A stretch of DNA of 64,000 nt from Bdellovibrio sp. GTDB taxonomy: Bacteria > Bdellovibrionota > Bdellovibrionia > Bdellovibrionales > Bdellovibrionaceae. This document shows, piece after piece, positions 48,964-58,886 of this stretch. A program made the translations under genes and the position numbers. Every line of letters starts with the position of its first letter. Within the stretch, counting starts at the first letter, position 1. The stretch spans positions 192,001 through 256,000 of the forward strand of contig JAKFCY010000002.1 in the NCBI GenBank assembly GCA_036676395.1. The letters are read 5' to 3'. The notes beneath the pieces are model-generated. The model was given only the letters and a program-made list of their open reading frames with translations, was not told where the DNA came from and made no database searches.

Positions 48964-51006
48964 TTATTTAACGTGTTTTTTCATTTTTGCTGCTAAGTCA
49001 GATTTCTCTTCAGCAGTTAAAGGAAGCGGGTATAAACGAGAAACCCATTGTGGGGCGTACACTCTGTAGTAGTTGCCTTGAGAGTAATTTTCACCGCGGA
49101 AGCCACGATCGCCTGATGAGCCCATCCACCAACGTGAATGATACGGAAGATCTTCACGCGGGATAGTCATTAATTCGCCGTTGTAGTCAGAAGCTTGAGT
49201 TCCTAAGGCTTGCGCGATTGTTTTGATCGCGGCATTGTCGGCTTCAGCTGAACTTAAATTATCTAACATGACAATTTGCACACCTGATAATTTTAAGCTT
49301 TCAACAACCGCTTTAGCTACCGGGCCTACAGCAACAACAGCTTTGATATCTGATCTGCCAGCTACGGTTTGATAAATGCGTTTGTAAGTTTCAGTCATCT
49401 CAGGTTTAGTTACCCCTGCGATTAAATCAGCAGGATTAAGTCCTAAGGTATCAACCGGTAGTGAACGTTGGATAAAGTAATTTAAGCCAACACCCGTTTT
49501 AGATAACATCGCTTGTAATTTTTGACCTTCAGCGCCAGTTACTGCGCGGGCAGAGAAGAAGTCATCGTGTGAAGTTTGATCTATCACAACATAAACTTGA
49601 GCGTCACGACCACGGCCACGGTATGTTCCTGTGTAACCGAAAGAATCATGACTTACGTAATTGATTCCTAATTGTTTCATATTCGGCCAAGATACTAAAG
49701 CTTCTGATAAAGCACATGCCCCTTGATCGTAACGTAAATATCCGCAAGGGCCGTAATCGAAATCAGGCTTATCAGCAGACCAAGTTTTTGCATTATAACG
49801 AGGAGATTCGTAAGGTAAATCACGAGGTCCCATGCCGATTAATGCGGTTTTCTTAGCGTTCATTCCAGAATCTAAATCTGCTGGTTTGTATGGAAATTGC
49901 GAATTTTTATCATTGTACGCGCCCGCATCAGAATAAACCTGGATCGAGTTTGCGCCCCAACGATTAGACGTTGTGCCTTCAGAACCCATTCTCCAGTTTG
50001 TGTTGAAAGCAAAGTCACGGAAAGGAATCGGCGCATAACCTTTATAAGTGTAACCAGCTTGTAAGCGCGCTACTAATTCTTCAGGAGTTGCTTTTTCATC
50101 GATATCTTGCGGTAACCAGTTTTTGTTAGCTACTTTGTAAGAAGCTACACGTTGAGCCGCACCAGAGAAACCGGCTTTAATGTTTTCCATTGCAGCGTCG
50201 CCACCAAGATTTGGATTAGCGCCACCTGGATGTGGAACTCCGATAGCTAAGATATCATTTTTAACTTCGATATCCATATTTTCTTTAAACCATTTTTTCA
50301 TTCCACGCGTATCACAGTTTTTCATTTCATAAGAAACAGAACATTTACCACCACGAGCATTAACCCATGTTGCCAAAGAGGCTTTACCACCAGAACCGAC
50401 GCCCATGAATAAAGAAACAGTCTGAGAGTTCGTCGCCATCATGTTATCGAATAATTTATGACGGTATTCTACGATCGGAGATTCTTCGCCTTGTTCGATC
50501 CATTTAAAACGAGGATCGTCTTCAAGTTGTCCGTTAATTGTGTAAACGAAAGTATTTAAGAATAAATAACTGCGATGAATTCCTAAGTGATTTAAAAATC
50601 TTTGTGTACGTGTTCCGGTTGACCCCGTAAATGCGCGGTTAGAAACGTTTTCATCCTGAGCGCCTTCTTGGCCCACGACGAAAACTTTTACGCTCTCAGG
50701 AGTCAAACGACCGCGATACCACATCGGACCAAATTCCCAACGAAATTTTTCATCTGTTTTTGCAGTTCCACCTAAAGCTTCGACACCGATTGAACGGTAA
50801 TTCGGAGTTGAACCAAAAAGTTCTACCCATTTAGAATCTGCAGGAGCTCCTGCATCGTATTCTGCTGGTGAACCACGACGGGCATCAAAGGGTAATGCTA
50901 CGTTAATTGATTGCGGGTCACGTTGTTGTGTTGTGAACGGGGCGTGTGTGCACGACGCGATAGTCATCACACCAGCTAATAACAACGCTGTTGGTTTGAA
51001 TTGCAT
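48964..51006 (-). CDS. Lipoprotein with tandem uracil-DNA-glycosylase-like domains
   Basis: AAGGAG SD, lipobox IASC; 'YRGR...VFVVGQEGAQDE...AFTGSTG', 'HP'; second copy 'YRGR...VYVVIDQ...AVTGAEGQKLQ'. Confidence 0.65.
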   Translation of the reverse strand: MQFKPTALLLAGVMTIASCTHAPFTTQQRDPQSINVALPFDARRGSPAEYDAGAPADSKWVELFGSTPNYRSIGVEALGGTAKTDEKFRWEFGPMWYRGRLTPESVKVFVVGQEGAQDENVSNRAFTGSTGTRTQRFLNHLGIHRSYLFLNTFVYTINGQLEDDPRFKWIEQGEESPIVEYRHKLFDNMMATNSQTVSLFMGVGSGGKASLATWVNARGGKCSVSYEMKNCDTRGMKKWFKENMDIEVKNDILAIGVPHPGGANPNLGGDAAMENIKAGFSGAAQRVASYKVANKNWLPQDIDEKATPEELVARLQAGYTYKGYAPIPFRDFAFNTNWRMGSEGTTSNRWGANSIQVYSDAGAYNDKNSQFPYKPADLDSGMNAKKTALIGMGPRDLPYESPRYNAKTWSADKPDFDYGPCGYLRYDQGACALSEALVSWPNMKQLGINYVSHDSFGYTGTYRGRGRDAQVYVVIDQTSHDDFFSARAVTGAEGQKLQAMLSKTGVGLNYFIQRSLPVDTLGLNPADLIAGVTKPEMTETYKRIYQTVAGRSDIKAVVAVGPVAKAVVESLKLSGVQIVMLDNLSSAEADNAAIKTIAQALGTQASDYNGELMTIPREDLPYHSRWWMGSSGDRGFRGENYSQGNYYRVYAPQWVSRLYPLPLTAEEKSDLAAKMKKHVK

Positions 51007-51144
51007 AAAAGGGTCTCCTTAATTGTGTTAATACAACCCTTTTAGTTTATGGAATTTCGTGATTTTTTCATAGGCCTGAAACATAACCCTTAAAGACCTT
51101 GGTCTAGTGAAATGTTTCAAGATTTGGTTAGGACTATTTTTCTA

Positions 51145-52806
51145 TTAATTTAACCGTTCTAACTGTTCAGCAAGCTTATCAAAGCTTTTGCTGTCGGTCG
51201 ACTTTGCCGGAGTTTGTGCAGACCACTCTTTTGAAAAAAGATTCTTAATAACGCTTTTGTAGTTCTCGTCGTTACACGATGTTAACGAGTCTAGTTGTGG
51301 AAACACAGATTTCAAATTTGCCACTAGTTCAGATAACTTAAGCGGTGAATTCATCACCTTTTGTTCGCTGTATTTAGCACAAGCTAAGTTGTTTTGCGTT
51401 TGTTCGGCGCCAACGATTGAATCAGTGTTGTTTTCGGCGTCAGCTAATTTGCCTTGAGCGATTTTTAATTCTCCACCCACCATAACAAATTGAATTTCAG
51501 AGGCTTGAGCAGTTACGATTTGTGTGTACGGGTTTGAATTACGTGATTTTAAACGAATTGCTACGATATCAGCTAAATAGCCTTCTTCAAGGCGGCCTAA
51601 GCGATCGGCTAATCTTAGCGCTTTCGCCGGATTGATCGTCATCATTTCAAAAAGTTTTTTATCAGTTAATGATTTCATCGCTTTTGATTGGCCGTAACGA
51701 CGCGCGATTTTAACTTCGTCTAATAGATTTTTTGTTCCTGATGGAGTCCAATCAGAACCTAAAGTGATATTTACATTTTGTTTTAAAGCTAATTCAGCAT
51801 TTAAGGTATCGCCATAGAGAACTAAATTTGAAAACGGAGACCATACCAGTGAAATATCTTTTTTCGCAGCATCTGCTAAATCTTTTTCATCCATACCTAC
51901 GCCGTGAATGATCACTAAACCTTTTTCAGCCAGGCCTATTTTTTTTGCGAATTTATATTCTAATTTATTGTAAGTGTCTTTTGCACTGCCTTCAGATAAA
52001 TGCACGATCAGGCTTCTGATTTCACCTGTTGTCACAATGCGGGTAAGGTAGCTGATATATTTTGTAACGCCTTCTAAGAATTGCGTTTGACGGGAATTCA
52101 CTGCACCTTCAGTCGCTTGCAGTGAAGTCGTCACTTCAGAGATTGATTTATTTTCTGAAATCACGGTGGGTAAAATTTTATCTTGGTAGAGTAAAGCACC
52201 TTCTTGATTTACGATTTCCATGCTAGAGCGCGCATCTGAAGCAATGCCATAATCGCTTTCGATTTCTACGTTGCGGGCCAAGATGCCTTTTGTACAAGTG
52301 TCGTCTTGTCCGATACCCTGAACACTGGTTACACCACCTGCTAAGGCTTTGATTTCAGCGTACTGGTAAGTTTGGCAATATAAAGAATCTTTGTCGCTGG
52401 CTGTGCCCAGAACAGGGTTATTGAGCGGGCCAGTTACATTTTTTTTGTAACCAGGAAGTCCGCGCCAATTAAAGCGATTACCAAACTGACCATGAGCTTC
52501 TGACCATAATGGAATCACGTTATATTTTAAGTGACCGTGTAAATCGATAAATCCTGAAGATAGGATTACGCGACCGATGTCGGCTTCAAGAATTTTTTTA
52601 ATATCGCGTGAAACTTCAAATGGGGTCGTTGATTTTTTAGTGATTTTGCCATCTTCGATTAATAAATAGATTTTGCGCGAACGTAACTCAGGTTTAGCTG
52701 GATCTGGTTCGTAACCTTCGATGTAAGTGCCAGCGGCCATCGCTGTACTGGTTAAGGCAAATGTGGTGATCAGTGCAGAAAGAACATTAAAAAATGGTTT
52801 TTTCAT
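51145..52806 (-). CDS. Secreted amidohydrolase (cytosine/guanine/SAH-deaminase-like)
   Basis: Signal peptide from ATG 52806; 'GFIDLHGH', 'HLSE', 'IHG', 'P.SN', 'LGSDW', 'TINPA.AL', 'G..ADIV'. Confidence 0.8.
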   Translation of the reverse strand: MKKPFFNVLSALITTFALTSTAMAAGTYIEGYEPDPAKPELRSRKIYLLIEDGKITKKSTTPFEVSRDIKKILEADIGRVILSSGFIDLHGHLKYNVIPLWSEAHGQFGNRFNWRGLPGYKKNVTGPLNNPVLGTASDKDSLYCQTYQYAEIKALAGGVTSVQGIGQDDTCTKGILARNVEIESDYGIASDARSSMEIVNQEGALLYQDKILPTVISENKSISEVTTSLQATEGAVNSRQTQFLEGVTKYISYLTRIVTTGEIRSLIVHLSEGSAKDTYNKLEYKFAKKIGLAEKGLVIIHGVGMDEKDLADAAKKDISLVWSPFSNLVLYGDTLNAELALKQNVNITLGSDWTPSGTKNLLDEVKIARRYGQSKAMKSLTDKKLFEMMTINPAKALRLADRLGRLEEGYLADIVAIRLKSRNSNPYTQIVTAQASEIQFVMVGGELKIAQGKLADAENNTDSIVGAEQTQNNLACAKYSEQKVMNSPLKLSELVANLKSVFPQLDSLTSCNDENYKSVIKNLFSKEWSAQTPAKSTDSKSFDKLAEQLERLN

Positions 52807-52942
52807 AGTGTCAAACTTCTGGCCACAGGCCATTATTTGGCTGTTTGAGCGTAAGTCAAAGCAACCACATTTGTCTTGTTAACGTTTGTGTATCCGCAAT
52901 GGATTAAATGCAAAAACAGAGCTGAGATTTGTCATGGACGTG

Positions 52943-53725
52943 TTAGCGAGTAAGTGACTGAATCACAGCCTGTGTAGCCTTAGGAAGTTTACTTGACGCG
53001 GGTATGGCTAAGTAGAGATTTTTTTTGCGAGTAGCAATATCTTGAGAGTGAAATTTACGTTTTTCTAAGAGGGGAGTTTTCGGAACAATGGCGATTCCCA
53101 CACCTTTTTCAACAAGATCATAAATCTGATAAATAGAACTGACACGAATAAATTTCTGATTCTTTTTTGAACCAGAAACTTGCTTCAATAAATCTCCCGA
53201 ATCACCGTAAATCCAACGGTGTTCAGGTATTTTATCGAGCGCTATTTTTTGCTTCGAAATTAATGCAAAACTTTCTGAAGCTAAAGACAGGTAATTGATC
53301 TGTGCTGATTCTTCTTTGCGATTGACCACCGCCATGTCGATATTTCCTTGCAGCAACAACTCTAAAGCTTGGGTGGATGTCTTTTCCACAATATCTAAGT
53401 CGACCGATTCAATAAGGGAAGGGCTGAGCTTCGGCCAGAAATAGTGTTCTAGAGCTGCTGTTAGACCTGCAATGCGCACAAGGCTTCGCCCTTGAGCCGT
53501 GGTCCAACGTTCTAAAGGTTCAGAAAGATTTACAATCTCTTGTCCTTTTTCAGTCAGGATGACCTTGCGATTATTCCGTATAAATAAGGGCTCACCGACT
53601 GATTCTTCAAACAACTGAATCTGGCGAGTTACAGCGGAAGGGGCAATAGCCAGCTTCGTAGCGGTTTTAGCGAAATTCAGGCTGTGAGCGGCCTCTATGA
53701 ATACTTTCAAATAGCGATAATCCAT
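52943..53725 (-). CDS. LysR-family transcriptional regulator
   Basis: 'YLKVF...A.SLNF.KTA..L.IAPSAVTRQIQ.FE'. Confidence 0.88.
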   Translation of the reverse strand: MDYRYLKVFIEAAHSLNFAKTATKLAIAPSAVTRQIQLFEESVGEPLFIRNNRKVILTEKGQEIVNLSEPLERWTTAQGRSLVRIAGLTAALEHYFWPKLSPSLIESVDLDIVEKTSTQALELLLQGNIDMAVVNRKEESAQINYLSLASESFALISKQKIALDKIPEHRWIYGDSGDLLKQVSGSKKNQKFIRVSSIYQIYDLVEKGVGIAIVPKTPLLEKRKFHSQDIATRKKNLYLAIPASSKLPKATQAVIQSLTR

Positions 53726-53731
53726 TAATTG

Positions 53732-53752
53732 ATATTCTAATAATTAGAATAT
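53732..53752. promoter_or_regulatory. Palindromic LysR-type operator
   Basis: ATATTCTAA-TAA-TTAGAATAT between the LysR gene and its divergent neighbour. Confidence 0.6.
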
Positions 53753-53824
53753 TGTGTTGTAAACATTCTAATTTAGTTTTTATGCGAAGCGGCCTATAAA
53801 CTAGACCTACAGGAGAAATGAAGT

Positions 53825-54292
53825 ATGAAAAATTTAATGATTATGACTTTTATGGTTTTAGCAACAGTCACAGTTTCTGCTCAGGAATTAACTTTTAAAG
53901 ATATGATGAATGTGCTGCCTAATATGGAGCGCGCAGGAACTGAAGGTAAAGACTATAAGTGTTCAGTTAAAACTGAATGGTTAGCTAATGGTGATTTAAA
54001 AGTCGTAGCAACTCAGCAGTACAAAGACTGGGATCCATCAGCTATGGAAATCGTTTTAACTGCGGCAAAAGATGCTGAAGTGTCTATGGATAAATATGAT
54101 GACACGATTGAATACAACATCAGCCAGTCGACGTTGTTAAAAGAAGAAGATGATTACCGCGTCGATTTATATGAATCGTTTAGCTTTAATGTTGAGAATG
54201 ATGTGATTACTGGTTTTCGGGTTCAGATCGCAGAAGTGGACCACGAGAGTGATCCACATGAAGATACGATTTATTGTAATCTAACGAAGTAA
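53825..54292 (+). CDS. Secreted acidic hypothetical protein
   Basis: AGGAG SD, signal peptide. Confidence 0.7.
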   Translation: MKNLMIMTFMVLATVTVSAQELTFKDMMNVLPNMERAGTEGKDYKCSVKTEWLANGDLKVVATQQYKDWDPSAMEIVLTAAKDAEVSMDKYDDTIEYNISQSTLLKEEDDYRVDLYESFSFNVENDVITGFRVQIAEVDHESDPHEDTIYCNLTK

Positions 54293-55534
54293 TTATTTTT
54301 TAGCAACTTCTTGGATCGAGTTTTCATCAAATGGCACGAACGCTTGTGGCTTGTAGTTATCTAAAGGATCTTTACCACCGTTATTTTTGATGATGCTCGC
54401 TAAGAAGTTACGAATGCTTGTGTAGTCTTTAGTTGAAGATGTCGCGTGAAAGAAAACTACGCCGTCATTCGTTAAAGCGGCTCCAGCTAGCGAAACTGAC
54501 TGAGAGATCGTTCCAGTTTTTGCTAATAAAGAATCATCTGTGTTATTTGTTAAGTAGATGTTACTTACCGTTGAATTACCATCTGAACGAGAATCAGCAC
54601 CAGCTACCGGCAATACGTAACGTAAGCCTTTACCTTGTTTAGCAGCAATTTGCGTTAAACGTTTCATTACTTCAACAACTGTACGGCAACTAGCAGAGTT
54701 ATAAACTTTGCGGCCATCAACATACTCTGGGTAACCAGAACCATTGTAAAATGAAAATTCTTTTTCACCAGCACCAACTACTTTAGTTAAGTATGAGCTG
54801 AATTTCTCAGTTCTTTGTAAACGTTCAAATACTTTATCCGCTGCAAAGTTATGTGAGTTACGGTTTAACTCTTTTAAAGTGCGGTGTAATTCAGAAGAAC
54901 GCATCATGAAAGTTGAAGTCGCGTTAGCTGGGTTAAATACTTTCATAGATTGAGCTGCGATATTTTTAACTGAAAGGCTAACTGATTTAGGTAAAGTCAT
55001 TTTAACTAAAGGTTGAGTTTTAGCTAAGTAAGCTGAATAACGTGATTTGATACCTGTAACATCCGCGCGTAATTCACGCATGATTTCAGTTTCAGATTGT
55101 TCTCCGCTAGAGTGAACTAAGTCACCTTTTGTTCTAACAACAGAAGCATACTCAAAGTTTTCATCGTAAGTTAATTCATTGATGGCTTTAACACCGCGTT
55201 TATTTAATTCACCGATTAAAAAGTAGAACATCACGCGGTCAAAGTAAGGAAACGCCGATCCACGCAAATGCACGTTGGCCGTGCCATCGTTTTGTTTTGT
55301 AATATAAACTTGAGTTGGAAAGCGGTAATCTAAACCTAAACGCTCAGCGGCCCATAATGAAGTGAACACTTTAGATACTGAAGCGATCGGCATGCTTGTG
55401 TTAGCGTTGCTTGAACCTTTAAGGCCGCCATTATAGCCTTCTTCTGAACAGCTAGTGATTAGGCGGGCTTGTGCAGTCGTTGTAGCTAAGATAACAAGAC
55501 CTGCGATTAAAGTTTTAAGTACTGGCGCTTTCAT
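54293..55534 (-). CDS. PBP4/S13 DD-endopeptidase (Bd3459/Bd0816-like)
   Basis: Signal peptide; SxxK 'ASVSK', SxN 'SHN', 'KTG'; 'LWA..RLG.DYRF.T', 'YFLI.ELN', 'FYNGSG', C-terminal 'PFD'. Confidence 0.85.
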   Translation of the reverse strand: MKAPVLKTLIAGLVILATTTAQARLITSCSEEGYNGGLKGSSNANTSMPIASVSKVFTSLWAAERLGLDYRFPTQVYITKQNDGTANVHLRGSAFPYFDRVMFYFLIGELNKRGVKAINELTYDENFEYASVVRTKGDLVHSSGEQSETEIMRELRADVTGIKSRYSAYLAKTQPLVKMTLPKSVSLSVKNIAAQSMKVFNPANATSTFMMRSSELHRTLKELNRNSHNFAADKVFERLQRTEKFSSYLTKVVGAGEKEFSFYNGSGYPEYVDGRKVYNSASCRTVVEVMKRLTQIAAKQGKGLRYVLPVAGADSRSDGNSTVSNIYLTNNTDDSLLAKTGTISQSVSLAGAALTNDGVVFFHATSSTKDYTSIRNFLASIIKNNGGKDPLDNYKPQAFVPFDENSIQEVAKK

Positions 55535-55645
55535 AACGTCGTCCTTCCAAAAAGGGTTGGGCTTGGGGTTGGACGAAGAATAAATGAAAGAGTATGGAAC
55601 CGATAGACGCAAACTTTGTCACTACTTTTTTACTCGAAAGTAGTT

Positions 55646-55670
55646 ACAAGTTCGACAATGTCGAACTTGT
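55646..55670. promoter_or_regulatory. Perfect 12-1-12 palindrome upstream of the PBP4 gene
   Basis: ACAAGTTCGACA-A-TGTCGAACTTGT; the left arm plus flank recurs at 19049-19068. Confidence 0.5.
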
Positions 55671-55711
55671 TTTCTCAGAGACAGTTTCTGTCACTTTTGA
55701 CTATTGTTTTG

Positions 55712-56260
55712 CTATTTTTCGAGTGTGCGCCAGTTATAATTGTTTATAAGCTGGTTACACATATTTGCAGTCATCGAAAAGTAATCTGCTTTATCGATGC
55801 AACTGGCGATCGTGATTTTTTCATCGGCGGCCAAAAAGATTTGGCGTGATTGGGTCAGTTTATTTTTTTGCATTAAATCGATAACCACGGCCGGAATATT
55901 ATTAATTTTAATCGAACGGCTTGAAAGCACTTCAAAGCCATACTGATTATAATCACGTAAATACTTTTTGGCATAAGACTCAAGATTTACTTTACCGCGG
56001 TAAGTTTCGGTTTTTAGGCTTAAGCGGGCTGATTCAGATAAAGTTTTAAAGCCCATATCGATCTGTTGATTGGCAGGCAGGCGGTTTTGCGAAGGGTTTT
56101 CTAAAAACACCCATTCATCCGAGACTAACTTAAAAGAAAATCCCATTTGCGAAAAAGCCGTATTCCATTTCGGAGAATTCACGGCTGATGAGCCCGTCGT
56201 CGGAAGCGGGGCTGCGTTTGCAAATACTGGAAATAAGATAGCAAGGATAATTGATCTCAT
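55712..56260 (-). CDS. Secreted hypothetical protein (possibly PsbP/DcrB-like fold)
   Basis: Signal peptide; fold is a guess from sequence pattern only. Confidence 0.6.
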   Translation of the reverse strand: MRSIILAILFPVFANAAPLPTTGSSAVNSPKWNTAFSQMGFSFKLVSDEWVFLENPSQNRLPANQQIDMGFKTLSESARLSLKTETYRGKVNLESYAKKYLRDYNQYGFEVLSSRSIKINNIPAVVIDLMQKNKLTQSRQIFLAADEKITIASCIDKADYFSMTANMCNQLINNYNWRTLEK

Positions 56261-56269
56261 AGAATAAGC

Positions 56270-57295
56270 TTACCTTGATTTTTCCATATGGCTTAAGATT
56301 TTTTTCATTAAGCTTGTGGGATTCACTTTAGAGATATCTGAGCGCTTAGCCCAAAGTCCAGTCGAAGGCTGGCCTTTAACAAGTCCAGCTTTACCTGTTG
56401 GTTTACTGGATTTAAGAGTTACGAAGATTTCGTATTTGGTGACTGCATGTTTAAAATGAAACTCTTTGGGTTTTTTAGTAACTAACTTCGCTTTTGACGG
56501 AGGGAGCATGAGTTTTTTCAAAAACGGGGTTTCTTCGTTGGTTTCTAAATAGATCTGTTCATTTTTTTCTGAAACGTTAAACGTCCATTCCCAGATTTGG
56601 AATTTTTCTTTTTCTTTTTTGCGGGGAATAAGCTGGATAAGATCTTTTTTATTACTGACGCAGTCTTTTTTCCAGGGGCATAGCATGCACATGACTTTTT
56701 TAGGCGTACATACGGTGGCGCCTAATTCCATGAGGCCCTGATTGAGTTCAGAATTAAATTCAGTTTTTGCCATGATATCGGCGATGTCTTGTAATTTTTG
56801 GCGCTCTTTGGTTTCCCACCAATTTGATTGGATGCCGTACTTGCGACTTAACACACGAATGACATTGCCATCTAAGACGCCAACTTTTTCGCCGAAGGCA
56901 AGACTTGCGATCGCACGTGAAGTGTAAGGCCCAAGCCCTGGGTATTCGATAAGTTCTGCGGCGGTTTTTGGAAAACCCGTTTCGGCAAATTGAAGTGCTG
57001 CTTTATGTAAGTTGCGTGCTCGCGAATAATAACCAAGGCCTGCCCAGTATTCGTAAACATCTTCAATAGTAGCGCCAGCTAAATCTTTAACCGTCGGAAA
57101 ACGGTTCATAAATTTTTCGTAGAAAGGAATCACTGCAGTCACAGTTGTTTGTTGCAGCATGACTTCAGAAATCCAAATACGATAGGGGTCTTTTGACCCT
57201 CGCGAACCTGTTGGATTGCGCCACGGTAAAACGCGTTTATTTTCGTTATACCAGGCGATCAGGTTATCGCGATCTTTTTCAAATTGCTTTGTCAT
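56270..57295 (-). CDS. mutY: A/G-specific adenine glycosylase
   Basis: 'LPWR', 'ISEVMLQQT', 'W.GLGYYSRARNL', 'DGNV.RV', FeS CxxxxxxCxxCxxxxxC. Confidence 0.95.
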   Translation of the reverse strand: MTKQFEKDRDNLIAWYNENKRVLPWRNPTGSRGSKDPYRIWISEVMLQQTTVTAVIPFYEKFMNRFPTVKDLAGATIEDVYEYWAGLGYYSRARNLHKAALQFAETGFPKTAAELIEYPGLGPYTSRAIASLAFGEKVGVLDGNVIRVLSRKYGIQSNWWETKERQKLQDIADIMAKTEFNSELNQGLMELGATVCTPKKVMCMLCPWKKDCVSNKKDLIQLIPRKKEKEKFQIWEWTFNVSEKNEQIYLETNEETPFLKKLMLPPSKAKLVTKKPKEFHFKHAVTKYEIFVTLKSSKPTGKAGLVKGQPSTGLWAKRSDISKVNPTSLMKKILSHMEKSR

Positions 57296-57321
57296 GGTGT
57301 TGTTATATACGATATTCCTCT

Positions 57322-58341
57322 ATGGCAAAAGCACAAAAACCGACGAAAAAATCAGCCGCAAAAACAACACCTAAAACTTCAGCAGCTCCAGCGCCTCAGC
57401 CGGCCGCGCCAAATCGCTATAAACCACTGAGTGGGCGCGAGTTTCCGCGCTTTTCAGCGATTAAAACATTTTTTCGCTTACCGGTAGCCGATCTTAACGA
57501 AGATTTCGACGTCGCTTTATTTGGAACGCCGTATGACGGTGGCGTCAGTTACCGCCCTGGAGCACGATTTGCGCCGACGCTCGTTCGCGAGTGTTCAAGC
57601 TTAGGCCGTGGTTTTCACATGACGCGCGCGATGAGTTTATTTGAAAAATTAAAATTCGCAGATATCGGTGACTGCCCGATTGTGCCGATTGATCAAAAAC
57701 AAACGTATAAAAACATTGAAAAATTTTCTGCAGATATTTTAAAGCACGGTAAAAAATTTATTTCTATCGGCGGAGACCATTCAACAACGCTTCCGTTGTT
57801 ACGCTCGATGCATAAAAAATACGGAAAATTAAATTTTATTCATTTCGATGCCCATTTAGACACTTATCCTGCAGCTTGGGGATGTGAGTATCATCACGGG
57901 GCTTTTGCCCGTCACGCGGTTGAAGAAGGCTTAGTGAATCCGAAAAACATGTTACAAATCGGTATTCGTGGTCCGTTAGCAGCGATTGATGATTTAGATT
58001 TTATTAAAAAACATAAAATCAAAGTTTTAACGGTCGATGATATTAAACAAAAACCATTAGCCGAAGTTTTAAAAGCATTACCGAAATTCACAGGGCCAAC
58101 ATACATCAGTTTTGATATTGATTGTTTAGATCCTGCATATGCGCCAGGAACTGGAACTCCGGTGCCGGGTGGTTTGACGACTTATGAAACTCAACAAATC
58201 TTACGTGCCTTACAAATTGATAACTTAGTGGGTGCAGATATCGTTGAAGTATCGCCTCCATTTGATAGTTCACAGATCACGGGGCTTGCGGCAGTAGATA
58301 CCATGTTTGAATTAATGTGCTTAATGGGCGGAGGCCGCTAA
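57322..58341 (+). CDS. speB: Agmatinase / ureohydrolase
   Basis: 'RPGARFAP', 'GGDHS', 'DAHLD', 'FDIDCLDPAYAPGTGTP'. Confidence 0.88.
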   Translation: MAKAQKPTKKSAAKTTPKTSAAPAPQPAAPNRYKPLSGREFPRFSAIKTFFRLPVADLNEDFDVALFGTPYDGGVSYRPGARFAPTLVRECSSLGRGFHMTRAMSLFEKLKFADIGDCPIVPIDQKQTYKNIEKFSADILKHGKKFISIGGDHSTTLPLLRSMHKKYGKLNFIHFDAHLDTYPAAWGCEYHHGAFARHAVEEGLVNPKNMLQIGIRGPLAAIDDLDFIKKHKIKVLTVDDIKQKPLAEVLKALPKFTGPTYISFDIDCLDPAYAPGTGTPVPGGLTTYETQQILRALQIDNLVGADIVEVSPPFDSSQITGLAAVDTMFELMCLMGGGR

Positions 58342-58826
58342 TGGGACGCGAGATTGCTGTTATCGCTGCTGGATGTTTCTGGGGAGTTGAAGAATTACTA
58401 CGTGAATTAGACGGCGTACTTGAAACTGAAGTGGGTTATTGTAATGGTGATGGTGAAAATCCAGTTTATACTTTGGTTAAAACAGGAACAACAGGCCACG
58501 CCGAAGCGGTAAAAATCACTTTTGACCCAGATAAGATTTCATATGCAGATTTAATTCATAAGTTTTATAAACTGCATGATCCAACGACGAAGAATCAACA
58601 GGGTAACGACGTCGGTACTCAATATCGTTCGGCGATTTTCTATGTTTCTGACGCGCAAAAAGCGACGGCTGAAGAAGTGACTAAAGAAGTCGAAGCCAGC
58701 GGTATTTGGAAAAAACCAATCGTGACTGAAATCGTGTTATTAAAAAAATTCTGGAGTGCTGAAGATTACCATCAGGATTATTTGCAAAAAAATCCTGATG
58801 GATACATGTGCCACTTCTGGCGCTAA
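58341..58826 (+). CDS. msrA: Peptide methionine sulfoxide reductase A
   Basis: 'GCFWG', 'TGHAEAV', 'QGNDVGTQYRS', 'AEDYHQ.Y'. Confidence 0.95.
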   Translation: MGREIAVIAAGCFWGVEELLRELDGVLETEVGYCNGDGENPVYTLVKTGTTGHAEAVKITFDPDKISYADLIHKFYKLHDPTTKNQQGNDVGTQYRSAIFYVSDAQKATAEEVTKEVEASGIWKKPIVTEIVLLKKFWSAEDYHQDYLQKNPDGYMCHFWR

Positions 58827-58831
58827 TTTCA

Positions 58832-58875
58832 CGCTCAGGGTTTTAGCTAGCAAATGCTAGCTGAACTCCCGAGCG
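58832..58875. terminator. Long hairpin between convergent msrA and ubiB
   Basis: CGCTC..TTAGCTAGCA-AA-TGCTAGCTGA..GAGCG; weak U tract. Confidence 0.5.
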
Positions 58876-58886
58876 ATTTTAATGCG

